Positions 8,345 through 17,311 of a stretch of 64,000 nucleotides of DNA are shown piece by piece (position 1 is the stretch's first letter; each line of letters starts with the position of its first letter). The notes under the pieces were generated by a model. That model made no database searches. It was not told the DNA's origin and worked only from the letters and a program-made list of their open reading frames with translations. Source of the stretch: Emcibacteraceae bacterium (GTDB lineage: Bacteria > Pseudomonadota > Alphaproteobacteria > Sphingomonadales > Emcibacteraceae); the NCBI GenBank assembly GCA_028281625.1, contig JANQJN010000162.1:9766-73765 (forward strand), written 5' to 3'. The position numbers and the translations under genes were made by a program.

Positions 8345-10138
8345 ATGTCAGAACAAAATAATAATCATAGACGCCGTCATCAGGACGAGGAGGCACCCAA
8401 GGGAAAAGCAAGCGAAATCAAGCTTTTATGGGTGTTTCTAAGGCCTTATAAATCGACGATCATTAAGGCCATGTGTGCCCTTGTGATTGCAGCAGGAGCG
8501 ACACTGGCGATTCCGCAAGCGATCAGACGTATCGTGGATATGGGATTTGGATCCGTCAGTATTGAATTTATCAATTTTTATTTTCTCGCCCTTCTTGGAA
8601 TTGCGCTCATCTTGGCGATGGCGACATTTGCGCGCTATTATCTGGTCACCTGGCTTGGTGAACGAGTCGTAACCGATATTCGCCGGGAAGTGTTTGGCAA
8701 GGTACTCACCTTAAGCCCAGTCTTTTTCGAGCAAAACCGCTCGGGCGATATTTTGTCACGGTTGAATACAGATACAACGGTGATCCAGTCTGTTGTAGGA
8801 TCAAGCGCATCAGTGGCCCTTCGCAATCTGATTACCATGATTGGCGGGCTCATTATGATGCTCTATACCAACTGGCTGCTAACAACCTATGTATTTTTGC
8901 TGCTGCCGTTTATTGTTATGCCGCTGATTTTCTTTGGCCGCAAAGTACGCACACTCAGCCGCGTCTCGCAGGATAAACTTGCCGATGCCAGTGCAACGGC
9001 CAACGAAACCATAGGCGCGGTGCAAACTGTGCAAAGCTATACTCAGGAAACATTTGAAAATAAAAAGTACAAAGGCTTTATCGAAATTGCCTTTGATGCC
9101 GCCATTGACCGTACAAAAATGCGGGCGGTTCTCACATTCTTGATTATCCTTCTTGTCTTTGCGGCGGTGGATCTTGTGCTCTGGCTTGGCGCGAGGGACG
9201 TTATTGCGGGAAATATTTCAGGAGGAGAACTGACGGCATTTATCATTTATGCGGTACTTGTTGCTGGTGCCATGGGCGCACTAAGTGAAGTTTATGGCGA
9301 GTTACAGCGTGCGGCGGGGGCGACATCGCGCTGCCTAGAAATCATAGCAACCGAAAGTGAAATTCAGCCACCAGAAAACCCGCTCTCTTTTCCCAAGCCT
9401 GCGAGGGGTGAACTGGCGTTCGAAAACGTAACCTTCGCTTATCCGGCAAGACCAAGCGAAAATATTCTGGAAGGATTTAATCTTGAAGTGCGGGGAGGGG
9501 AAACTGTTGCCATCGTAGGGCCCAGTGGAGCAGGAAAAACGACAGTTTTCCAACTTCTGCAGCGCTTTTATGATCCGCAGGGCGGAAAGATTACCATTGA
9601 TGGCGTTGCGCTTACCGATGCCGATCCGATCGATGTAAGACAGCATCTTGGGGTGGTAAGCCAGGAAGCAATGATTTTTGCTACATCAATCGCCGACAAC
9701 ATCCGCTATGGCAATCAGGACGCCAGCGACGAGATGATCGCGGAAGCAGCCCGTGCCGCGCGCGCCGACGAATTCATCAACCGCTTGCCAGAAGGCATGG
9801 AAACTTATCTTGGCGAGCGGGGCACCCGTCTTTCTGGTGGCCAACGCCAGCGTATTGCAATTGCTCGCGCGGTGCTTCAGGATGCGCAGATCCTGCTGCT
9901 AGATGAAGCAACATCAGCGCTTGATGCTGAAAATGAAAAACTGGTTCAGGCAGCCCTTGAAAAGCTGATGCAAGACAAAACCACTCTTGTTGTCGCGCAC
10001 CGTCTTGCTACAGTGCAGAAAGCTGATCGCATTGTGGTGATGGATCACGGTAAAATCGTGGAAAGCGGCACTCACGATCAGCTTATTCATCAAGATGGGC
10101 TCTATGCCCATCTCGCCGGGCTTCAGTTCGGGGTGTAA
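8345..10138 (+). CDS. ABC transporter, fused permease/ATPase (ABCB/MsbA-like exporter)
   Basis: 597 aa with an N-terminal 6-TM domain. Walker A is GPSGAGKTT, the signature is LSGGQRQR and Walker B is ILLLDEATSALD. Confidence 0.9.
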   Translation: MSEQNNNHRRRHQDEEAPKGKASEIKLLWVFLRPYKSTIIKAMCALVIAAGATLAIPQAIRRIVDMGFGSVSIEFINFYFLALLGIALILAMATFARYYLVTWLGERVVTDIRREVFGKVLTLSPVFFEQNRSGDILSRLNTDTTVIQSVVGSSASVALRNLITMIGGLIMMLYTNWLLTTYVFLLLPFIVMPLIFFGRKVRTLSRVSQDKLADASATANETIGAVQTVQSYTQETFENKKYKGFIEIAFDAAIDRTKMRAVLTFLIILLVFAAVDLVLWLGARDVIAGNISGGELTAFIIYAVLVAGAMGALSEVYGELQRAAGATSRCLEIIATESEIQPPENPLSFPKPARGELAFENVTFAYPARPSENILEGFNLEVRGGETVAIVGPSGAGKTTVFQLLQRFYDPQGGKITIDGVALTDADPIDVRQHLGVVSQEAMIFATSIADNIRYGNQDASDEMIAEAARAARADEFINRLPEGMETYLGERGTRLSGGQRQRIAIARAVLQDAQILLLDEATSALDAENEKLVQAALEKLMQDKTTLVVAHRLATVQKADRIVVMDHGKIVESGTHDQLIHQDGLYAHLAGLQFGV

Positions 10139-10143
10139 AAAAA

Positions 10144-10177
10144 ATGGCTGACAAGGTGAGAAGCCCTTGCCAGCCAT
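10144..10177. terminator. bidirectional terminator hairpin between the ABC exporter gene and the MCP gene
   Basis: Arms atggctgacaagg / ccttgccagccat have one mismatch. The preceding run of A gives a U-tract for the minus-strand MCP transcript. Confidence 0.7.
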
Positions 10178-10201
10178 AGGTTATTTCAACTTCTAGTGTT
10201 T

Positions 10202-12079
10202 TTATTTTTTTATATTCTGTAATTCCCGATAAATTTCGGTACCTTCCTGGGCCAATTTGTTGGCGCCGGAAACGGCATCGGAAATGGAATTGATGCCCGT
10301 TGAAATGTCATCAACCGCTGTTGTTGCAACCTGCATATTTTTGGTTATCTCTAAAGAAGCGCTGGCCTGTTGTTCTACGGCGCTGGAAACGGTGGAGACA
10401 CTTTCCTCAACGGATCCCACAGAATTTTTGATATGATCAAGCCTGGTGACCACATCGCCGCTGATTGTCTGCATGCCCTTGATCTCTTCTTCAATATTTT
10501 CGGTGGCTGCTGCAACCTGGTTTGCCAGTGACTTAACTTCATTCGCAACCACCGCAAAACCGCGACCAGCATCGCCAGCACGAGCAGATTCGATACTTGC
10601 GTTAAGCGCCAATAGGTTAATCTGACTTGCGATGTCGGAAATTACTTCAGTAATGTTACCCATGGCATTTGCAGCATCAGTAAGCTGTTTGGCCGATAGA
10701 TCCGCACCTTCCGCTTGCTCTGTTGCTTTTTCCACTTCAGATTGGGAAATTTCCATATTGCGGGCAATTTCCTGTGATGACGCCTGAAATTCTTCAACAG
10801 TGGCGGCCACGGATTGAACTGTCTGCAACGTTTGCGTAGACGCGGATGCTATTGTTGTTGCTTGTACATTGGCGTCCGTCACGCTTTCAAGAATTTGAGA
10901 AAGGTTGCTATCGACAATCCCGCCAACACGGTCCGTTTCATGACGTGCATTAACCTGATCGGTAATGTTGGTGGCGTATTTCACCACTTTGAAAGGATTG
11001 CCACTTGGGTCAAATATCGGATTGTAGGATGCCTGAATCCAAATCTCACTACCATCCTTGGCCAACCGTCTATATTCGCCAGCGGAATATTCTCCACGAC
11101 CAAGCATTTGCCAGAATTCAGTGTATTCTGCAGAGTTCTTATATTCTGGATCCACAAACATGGAATGATGATTACCCTGAATTTCTTCAAGGGTATAACC
11201 CGTTGTCGCAAGAAAGTTTTTGTTCGCGCGAATAATGGTTCCATCCAGTTCGAATTCGATAACCGCCTGTGCTTTATGAATAGCATCAAGCTGCCCTGAA
11301 TAATCAGCATTTCTCATGATCTGCTCTGTGATATCCGTCGCGTATTTTACAACCTTAAAAGGTTGGCCATTTGGATCAAAAATTGGGTTGTATGACGCCT
11401 GAATCCAGATTTCCCTACCACCTTTGCCATAGCGCTTGTATTCCGCTGCTTGATATTCGCCGCGTGCAAGTGATGTCCAGAAGTCCGCATATTCCTGGCT
11501 TTTGCCATATTTTTCACCGACAAACATGCGGTGATGTTTTCCTTTGATTTCATCGAGTGAATATCCAACGGCGCCAAGAAAGTTTTCATTTGCAAACCGG
11601 ATGGTACCATCAAGATTGAATTCGATAACGGCTTGCGACTTATTAATCGCGTCGATTTGACCAGCATAGTCAGCATTTTGAAGAACTTGTTCCGTTATAT
11701 CAGTGGCGTATTTTACAACTTCAAATACTGTGCCATTGTTATCCATAAGTGGGTTATAAGACGCTTGGATCCAGATTTCCTTGCCGCCTTTGCCGTAGCG
11801 CTTATATTCTTTTGCCTGATACTCACCTGCGGCGAGGGCGTCCCAGAATTCTTTATATTCATTGCTTTCAGCAAATTCATCGCTGACAAACATTCTATGG
11901 TGGTTGCCGACAATTTCATCGGCAGTGTAACCAACAGTGTTCAGGAAATTTTCGTTTGCTTCAAGAATTGTACCGTCTGGTTTAAAATGGATGACTGCCT
12001 GTGACGTATCAAGTGCCCTTAAGATGGCTTCACTATTATTGGAATTTTTTCCCCCGGGTAGTTTAAATTTATCAAGCAT
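10202..12079 (-). CDS. soluble methyl-accepting chemotaxis protein with three tandem PAS domains
   Basis: The C-terminal MCP signalling domain carries [31 protein letters not shown]. No TM segment or HAMP domain is evident. The likely start is ATG 12079 (MLDKFKL, AGAGG upstream), although the ORF is open to 12142. Confidence 0.9.
   Translation of the reverse strand: MLDKFKLPGGKNSNNSEAILRALDTSQAVIHFKPDGTILEANENFLNTVGYTADEIVGNHHRMFVSDEFAESNEYKEFWDALAAGEYQAKEYKRYGKGGKEIWIQASYNPLMDNNGTVFEVVKYATDITEQVLQNADYAGQIDAINKSQAVIEFNLDGTIRFANENFLGAVGYSLDEIKGKHHRMFVGEKYGKSQEYADFWTSLARGEYQAAEYKRYGKGGREIWIQASYNPIFDPNGQPFKVVKYATDITEQIMRNADYSGQLDAIHKAQAVIEFELDGTIIRANKNFLATTGYTLEEIQGNHHSMFVDPEYKNSAEYTEFWQMLGRGEYSAGEYRRLAKDGSEIWIQASYNPIFDPSGNPFKVVKYATNITDQVNARHETDRVGGIVDSNLSQILESVTDANVQATTIASASTQTLQTVQSVAATVEEFQASSQEIARNMEISQSEVEKATEQAEGADLSAKQLTDAANAMGNITEVISDIASQINLLALNASIESARAGDAGRGFAVVANEVKSLANQVAAATENIEEEIKGMQTISGDVVTRLDHIKNSVGSVEESVSTVSSAVEQQASASLEITKNMQVATTAVDDISTGINSISDAVSGANKLAQEGTEIYRELQNIKK
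10950..12045 (-). repeat. intragenic tandem triplication (period 366 nt = 122 aa) encoding the three PAS units
   Basis: The landmark gcgtatt recurs at 10974, 11340 and 11706, exactly 366 nt apart. The protein units share AVIEF.LDGTI..AN.NFL...GY...EI.G.HH.MFV...Y.....Y.EFW..L..GEY...[30 protein letters not shown]. Confidence 0.9.
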
Positions 12080-12145
12080 TTGGTGACCTCTGATATACCC
12101 TGTTTCGAGTTGTTGCCCCCAAACGATTAACCAAGAATACAAATG

Positions 12146-12165
12146 ATGTATTAAGAATGTATTAA
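12146..12165. promoter_or_regulatory. 11-bp-phased direct repeat ATGTATTAA x2 containing a CtrA-type TTAA-N7-TTAA box, upstream of the MCP gene
   Basis: ATGTATTA occurs at 12146-12153 and 12157-12164. TTAA (12151-12154), gaatgta and TTAA (12162-12165) form the box. It lies about 70-85 nt upstream of ATG 12079 on the minus strand. Confidence 0.3.
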
Positions 12166-12367
12166 TATATGATCACAAAATAATACATATATTACAGAGA
12201 GTTATATGTAATGCTTAAGATAAATACATAAAATATACATGTTATAAAGTATCGATTTAGTGCTGTGTTTGTTAACCATATTCACGATTTTGTGATTTGT
12301 CGAAGTCAGTTGACCAGATGGTCAGGTTCGCTAAGATGCACTCATTCAATAAGAAGTGGGTAGCGGC

Positions 12368-13012
12368 ATGTCTCAAAAAGTACCAAAGAAAAAGCGTCCA
12401 GGTAAAAGAAGTTACGCCATTGAAGAAGGGCCACAGCAAAACCAGCGGTTCAAGGAATATAAAACGGATGATGATTGGATCCGCGACTTTGTCACACGCG
12501 CACCCATGGGATATTTTGCGACCCGCTGGGATGATCAGCCTTTCGTGCATCCGATGACATTCTGGTATGACGCCGATAAACATTGCATTTATATGCATGG
12601 CGCACTGATCGGCCGGCGTGACGCCAATACAAAACGCCACGAAAAAATCGCCTTCTGCGCCGCCGAAATGGGGCAAATGCTGCCGTCCAACAAAGCACTT
12701 GAATTTTCAACGCAGTATCGTTCGGTGATGGCCTTTGGGAATATAGTCGAGGTGGATGACAGTCAAGAAAAAGCACATTGTTTTTATGGGCTCATCAACA
12801 AATATTTTTCCGAAATGGAAGTAAACAAAGATTTCGCTCCTATCACCGATATCGATATTAAGCGCACGCGGGCCTATAAAATTCAAATCACCAGTTGGTC
12901 CGGAAAGGAAAACTGGGCAGATTTTGCGGAAATGACCGATGAGTTTCCCTCTTTGGATGAAAAATGGTTTGAAAAGGGGCGCTTCCCTCATTCCGGCGGG
13001 AAAATGGGGTAA
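12368..13012 (+). CDS. pyridoxamine 5'-phosphate oxidase-family FMN-binding protein
   Basis: The split-barrel PNPOx-like pattern is MGYFATRWDDQPFVHPMTFWYD...IYMHGA...YRSVMAFG. The ORF is open from GTG 12356, and ATG 12368 is taken as the start. Confidence 0.7.
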   Translation: MSQKVPKKKRPGKRSYAIEEGPQQNQRFKEYKTDDDWIRDFVTRAPMGYFATRWDDQPFVHPMTFWYDADKHCIYMHGALIGRRDANTKRHEKIAFCAAEMGQMLPSNKALEFSTQYRSVMAFGNIVEVDDSQEKAHCFYGLINKYFSEMEVNKDFAPITDIDIKRTRAYKIQITSWSGKENWADFAEMTDEFPSLDEKWFEKGRFPHSGGKMG

Positions 13013-13087
13013 CATCGCTGGCAAAACTATTCCCGGTATTGATTAAAATGTAAGGTCGATATATTGTAACTGGACCCATTTATGTGT

Positions 13088-13210
13088 GGCTAGGGTTCCG
13101 TTGATCTTATCAAGTCTGGACCGAGCGCCACCATGAGCCACAAAGCGGTAGACACCTTAAAGATTAAAAAACTAGGGGGGATAGATGGGCATGCCTCGGT
13201 GTGCTTTTTT
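13088..13210 (+). promoter_or_regulatory. candidate ykkC-family (guanidine-I-like) riboswitch plus terminator-like hairpin in the leader of the DMT transporter gene
   Basis: CUAGGGUUCCG (13090-13100) matches the ykkC 5' core exactly. It is followed by hairpin UUGAU-CUU-AUCAA, then CUGGACCGAGCG (consensus CUGGUCCGAGAG), ACAC, an A-run and GGGGGGAUAGA (consensus GGGAGA). The hairpin gcaugc-cucg-gugugc is followed by UUUUUU at 13205-13210. The middle P2 region does not fit well. Confidence 0.4.
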
Positions 13211-13229
13211 AAATTTTTAAGGTAATCAA

Positions 13230-14087
13230 ATGACAATAACAGCATTAATACTGGTACTTACAGCAGCAATCTGCCATGCGATTTGGAATTTTTATGTCAA
13301 GCGCATCGGTGGTGGTGCGGAGCTCATTTGGCTGATTTCATTACTATCCAATATTTTTTACTTGCCGTGGGTGATTTATGTATTCTTGATTGAACAACCA
13401 GACTTGGGATTATATGCGCTGTTTTGTGTGTTGATCAGCGGTATTATCCACACTGTCTATTTTTCACTTCTTCAGCGTGGATACCGCCACGGTGATCTAT
13501 CCCTTGTCTATCCGCTTGCTCGCTCGACTGGTCCGGTGATTTCGATGATCCTCGCAGTACTTTTCTTAGGGGAAGTGGTGAATGCGCAAATCGTAACCGG
13601 CAGCGCGATAATCATCACGGGGATATTTTTCCTAACCGGGGGCTTTTCAAAACGTGCCGGTAATGTAACAGCATCAATCGGGTATGGTTTAATTGTCGGG
13701 CTTTGTATTGGAAGTTACACCGCTTGGGACGCTTATGTGGTGTCGATTGTAGCAGTGAGTCCAGTACTTCTGGATTACGCGTCCAATACTTTTCGAACCA
13801 TATTCCTTGCCCCGGTTGCTATACGCAGGAAAGATGCGGTTAAGTTACTTTGGGCAGATCACAGGCACGGTGTGATTGTCATTGGATTATTAAGTCCGCT
13901 TGCTTATATATTGTTTCTGTATGCTATTACCTTTACGCCGGTCACACTCCTCGCACCAGTTCGGGAAACTAGCGTTTTGATTTCGGTGCTTTTGGGCAGC
14001 ATACTGCTCGGCGAGGGGCATTTGAAAAGGCGACTCGCCTGGTCAGTGGTAATCGTCGGTGGCGTTAGCTTGCTTGCAACGGCTTGA
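13230..14087 (+). CDS. DMT-superfamily (EamA-like) transporter
   Basis: 285 aa with about 10 hydrophobic segments and a two-fold EamA-like organisation. Confidence 0.8.
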   Translation: MTITALILVLTAAICHAIWNFYVKRIGGGAELIWLISLLSNIFYLPWVIYVFLIEQPDLGLYALFCVLISGIIHTVYFSLLQRGYRHGDLSLVYPLARSTGPVISMILAVLFLGEVVNAQIVTGSAIIITGIFFLTGGFSKRAGNVTASIGYGLIVGLCIGSYTAWDAYVVSIVAVSPVLLDYASNTFRTIFLAPVAIRRKDAVKLLWADHRHGVIVIGLLSPLAYILFLYAITFTPVTLLAPVRETSVLISVLLGSILLGEGHLKRRLAWSVVIVGGVSLLATA

Positions 14088-15185
14088 TTACTTTTGATCC
14101 AGGCGCATCTCAATACGACGGTTGCGGCGATAGGCGTCCTGGTTATCAGCCGGATCAAGCGGGTGGAACTGGCCAAAGCCAGTAGCCGCGAGGCGTTCTG
14201 CGGGAATACCCTGACTAATCAGATATTTCACAACCGAAAGTGCCCTTGCGGTGGAAAGATCCCAGTTAGAGGGGAATTGCGCCGTGCGAATGGGCAGTAT
14301 ATCGGTATGGCCATCAACCCGCAGGATCCAATCAACATCATCGGGAATATCCGTCATAATATCATTAAGCGTCGCAGCTAGTTTCTGCATTTCTTCCTGT
14401 CCACCAGCGCCAAGTGTGGCTGAGCCGGAGGCAAAGAGCACCTCTGACTGGAAGATAAAGCGATCACCCTGAATGCGAATGTCCGTGCGGTCCCCGAGTG
14501 ATTGTCTAAGGCGGCCAAAAAATTCGGATCTAAATTCATTGAGCTCCGCAACCCGTGATGCTAGTGCCGCATTGAGCCTTTCACCCAGATTGGTGATCAC
14601 CGCTTGCTGTTCAGCGTCCCGTGCTTCCGAGGCTTCCAGCGCTTCGTTAAGGGCCGCCAGTTGAAGGCGCATGGCGGCAATTTGCTGGTTTAGGACATTT
14701 ACTTCATCCTGTGCACGTTGAGATAACGCCCTTTCATTACTCAAATTGTCCATCGCCACATTATAACGACTTTGAAGATCAGCAATCATTTGCTGCTGCT
14801 CATCAGCGGAGCGGGTAACGCGACCGGTAACGCCTTCTGCTTCGGCAAGATCGGCTTCAAGTTCAGCAATGCGGCGCTGCAGATTTTCGCGGTCACCGTC
14901 CGCGACAGTCAAGGATGCTGATAATGCAGACATATTGGCGCGCAAGTCGTCATTGGCCTGACGCTGAAGTGAGAGAAGATCACTGAGTTCGACCACCTGG
15001 TCCCTTAGGCGGTCCAGGGCTTCATCGCGGCCGGAGAGGGCCTGCCCAAGGAAAAATTGTGCGAGCATAAAGATCGATAGCAGGAATATGATGACCAAAA
15101 GCAATGTGCTTAAGGCATCAACAAAGCCGGGCCATGTATTGCCGTTGGCGCTGCCTGGGCGCCTGGCGGATCTAAGCAACGCCAT
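14088..15185 (-). CDS. MotB/OmpA-like stator subunit with a long periplasmic coiled coil and C-terminal peptidoglycan-binding OmpA_C domain
   Basis: 365 aa. The N-terminal TM segment has the conserved Asp (WPGFVDALSTLLLVIIFLL). About 170 aa of heptad-like sequence follows. The C-terminus (VDGHTD...NWDLSTARALSVVKYL...RRNRRIEM) is OmpA/MotB-like. Its ATG overlaps the upstream stop (TAATG). Confidence 0.8.
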   Translation of the reverse strand: MALLRSARRPGSANGNTWPGFVDALSTLLLVIIFLLSIFMLAQFFLGQALSGRDEALDRLRDQVVELSDLLSLQRQANDDLRANMSALSASLTVADGDRENLQRRIAELEADLAEAEGVTGRVTRSADEQQQMIADLQSRYNVAMDNLSNERALSQRAQDEVNVLNQQIAAMRLQLAALNEALEASEARDAEQQAVITNLGERLNAALASRVAELNEFRSEFFGRLRQSLGDRTDIRIQGDRFIFQSEVLFASGSATLGAGGQEEMQKLAATLNDIMTDIPDDVDWILRVDGHTDILPIRTAQFPSNWDLSTARALSVVKYLISQGIPAERLAATGFGQFHPLDPADNQDAYRRNRRIEMRLDQK

Positions 15186-16483
15186 TAATCATCCCTTTTT
15201 GCGGTCAGGGCCGGCTTCTTATCGGTTTTTGGTTTTGGTTCAGGCATGGCGTAATTGCCGTCTTCAATGACGGGTTTTCTTTTTGGTGCCTGTTTTGGTT
15301 GTTCTTCAACCTTTTTTGCGGCTGCTGGTTTGGCGGCTTTCGCCGAGCCATCAACCATCGCGCCCAAGGTACGGGCAAGCACGCGGATTTCAGAATGCAG
15401 ACTTTGGGCAAACTTATCCTGAGAACGCACAGTTTCATCGGTTAGTGTTTTGAGCTGTACATCAATATTGCGTAAGTGAGCTTCACTTGTTTTGCTGTCG
15501 CTTCCCTTGCCGGAGGAAAGAATGGAAACCATTTGCGTCATCACCGAGCGCATCTCAGTTTGATGATCCACCAGGCGGCTGAGCTGGATCGAAAGATCTG
15601 TGATCGCCTGATTAACCTGGGTTCTGTTTTCTTCCGATTTTGAAATGACTTTATGAAGGCTATCAAGGCTGTCTGCGCTTTCTTCAAGAAGGGCACTGAC
15701 ATAGGCTGGAACGGATGCGTCACCCGCTTCAAGGGCAATGTTTGTACCGCCAGAAAGCTTCGTAATGCCACTGAGCCAATCTTCCAGGTGATTAAAGAAG
15801 CGGCCTTGTGCCTGTCCCGTTTGAAGGTCAATAAACCCAAGGATCAGGGATCCAGCAAGACCAAAGAGCGATGAACTAAAAGCAGTACCCATACCCGCAA
15901 GCGGAGCAGCGAGCCCCTCTTTCAAGTCTTCAAACATGATCGATACGTCACCGCTCCCAACTTGGAGGCTGTCGATGGTGGCGCCAATGGATCCGATGGT
16001 GGTAAGAAGTCCCCAAAAGGTTCCAAGTAGACCAAGGAAGATCAGAAGCCCAATGGTGTAGCGGGTGATTTCCCGTCCTTCGTCCATACGGGCGGCAATG
16101 CCATCCAGGATCGTACGCATGGACATGGTGGAAAGAGACATTTTCTTATTTGCTTTTTGCTCTTCCATCATGGTTGCCATGGCGCCGAGCAGGTCAGGGG
16201 CTTGCGGCGCTACATCGGCGCTTTCATTTTTTCTGAAGCTTTCGAGCCAATCAACCGCGGGGACGAGCAAATAAGTCTGGCGCAAAGAGAAGGTGATCCC
16301 AAGCACGAGAACCAGACCAATCAGACCGTTAAGAAGTGGATTTGCAGCGAAACTTTCCTGCAATGTTGGGAATAGATAGGCACAGATCACAATGACCGCG
16401 ATAAGAAAATATATAGCGCGATAAAAATATTTTTGCGGTTTAATCATTTGCTTCGAAGCTCCCGGCTTAATGCGCATTCGCAA
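15185..16483 (-). CDS. MotA/TolQ/ExbB-family proton-channel protein with a long C-terminal coiled-coil and Lys/Pro-rich tail
   Basis: 432 aa. The ExbB/TolQ core is FLGLLGTFWGLL and MGTAFSSSLFGLAGSL. After the last TM segment come about 190 residues of coiled-coil-like sequence and the tail KPAAAKKVEEQPKQAPKRKP. An alternative start is ATG 16447. Confidence 0.8.
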   Translation of the reverse strand: MRMRIKPGASKQMIKPQKYFYRAIYFLIAVIVICAYLFPTLQESFAANPLLNGLIGLVLVLGITFSLRQTYLLVPAVDWLESFRKNESADVAPQAPDLLGAMATMMEEQKANKKMSLSTMSMRTILDGIAARMDEGREITRYTIGLLIFLGLLGTFWGLLTTIGSIGATIDSLQVGSGDVSIMFEDLKEGLAAPLAGMGTAFSSSLFGLAGSLILGFIDLQTGQAQGRFFNHLEDWLSGITKLSGGTNIALEAGDASVPAYVSALLEESADSLDSLHKVISKSEENRTQVNQAITDLSIQLSRLVDHQTEMRSVMTQMVSILSSGKGSDSKTSEAHLRNIDVQLKTLTDETVRSQDKFAQSLHSEIRVLARTLGAMVDGSAKAAKPAAAKKVEEQPKQAPKRKPVIEDGNYAMPEPKPKTDKKPALTAKRDD

Positions 16484-16709
16484 CTAAAACGCATAGTCCC
16501 TTATTATTAAATTAATTTTCCTGATACTTCTGGATAAGGATATTATCAACAATGGAAGGGAGAGTCTAAGAATTAGTTGGCAACAATAAGGCGAAAATAG
16601 GTTTTCTTTATGAATTATCGCTACCGCTAAGCTATTCTGGACTGATCAGAAACAGAATTGAGACTAAAACCAGTGAGCAGATAATTGGGCCGGAATAAAA
16701 TCAGGTACT

Positions 16710-16764
16710 GAACAAAATTTATGTGATCAGGTTTTAATAAACAACCAATCACATAAATTTGTTC
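16710..16764 (-). terminator. long AT-rich hairpin downstream of the 112-aa secreted-protein gene
   Basis: Arms gaacaaaatttatgtgat (16710-16727) and atcacataaatttgttc (16748-16764) are complementary apart from one bulged A. Confidence 0.45.
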
Positions 16765-16783
16765 GATTGCCCAAAAAAGTTAA

Positions 16784-17122
16784 TTAATTCAATTTGGCAT
16801 ACGCGATTGTGCAATCACCAGTGTTTCCCGCTGTATCATTTGTTCTTATGTCGACATCAAGGTTACTCAGATAGGCACTGAGTAGAAGAGAGTAAATTCG
16901 GTCCACGCTACTGTGTGTATTAAGGAGTTTGAGATATACGTTACCAATGGGAACACAATTCCCTAAGTCAGCTTCAATTCCATCTGTTTTTATATAGGTG
17001 TGACCATCAGTTGGGTAAATTTCAGTGATTTTTATATCATTGCACGCAACGCCGCTACAGGAAGCAAATGTGACTGAACTCCAAGAAACTACAAACACAA
17101 AGGCAGCTAATAGTGTTTTCAT
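16784..17122 (-). CDS. small secreted Cys-containing hypothetical protein
   Basis: 112 aa with signal peptide MKTLLAAFVFVVSWSSVTFA. Lies in an AT-rich context. No recognisable family. Confidence 0.55.
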   Translation of the reverse strand: MKTLLAAFVFVVSWSSVTFASCSGVACNDIKITEIYPTDGHTYIKTDGIEADLGNCVPIGNVYLKLLNTHSSVDRIYSLLLSAYLSNLDVDIRTNDTAGNTGDCTIAYAKLN

Positions 17123-17311
17123 GGTTTTTTCTCCAAATAGTAAAGTTTAAAATAACATCACATTTACTGGAATTCGGAGTTGAAAGTATTTTAAGAAGTA
17201 CCAACAGACCTCCCTTTCCCCCACCAAAGGATGTTAGTGCTGATAAAATGTGAGTAACCATTATCTTAGCAAGTTGCCAAATGAGAGTCATTCAAAAACA
17301 CAAGCTCACAA

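Noticed and set aside
12080-12142. MCP start at 12142 ([21 protein letters not shown]...).
   Set aside because: The extension is hydrophobic and non-conserved in appearance and has no SD. ATG 12079 has AGAGG upstream. With that start the repeat/CtrA-like box sits at promoter distance.
14088-16483. Calling the ExbB/MotB-like pair a Zorya (ZorAB) anti-phage system.
   Set aside because: No ZorC/ZorD/ZorE-like genes are adjacent. The MotA-like protein, at 432 aa, has a much shorter tail than ZorA as I recall it. The neighbours are housekeeping genes. Only the architectural analogy is retained.
16484-16783. The 300-nt AT-rich non-coding spacer as an sRNA, 6S, tmRNA or other ncRNA gene.
   Set aside because: No conserved core of tmRNA, 6S, SRP or RNase P RNA is recognisable. 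Only the terminator-like hairpin at 16710-16764 stands out. It probably holds the promoter and leader of the stator-like operon.
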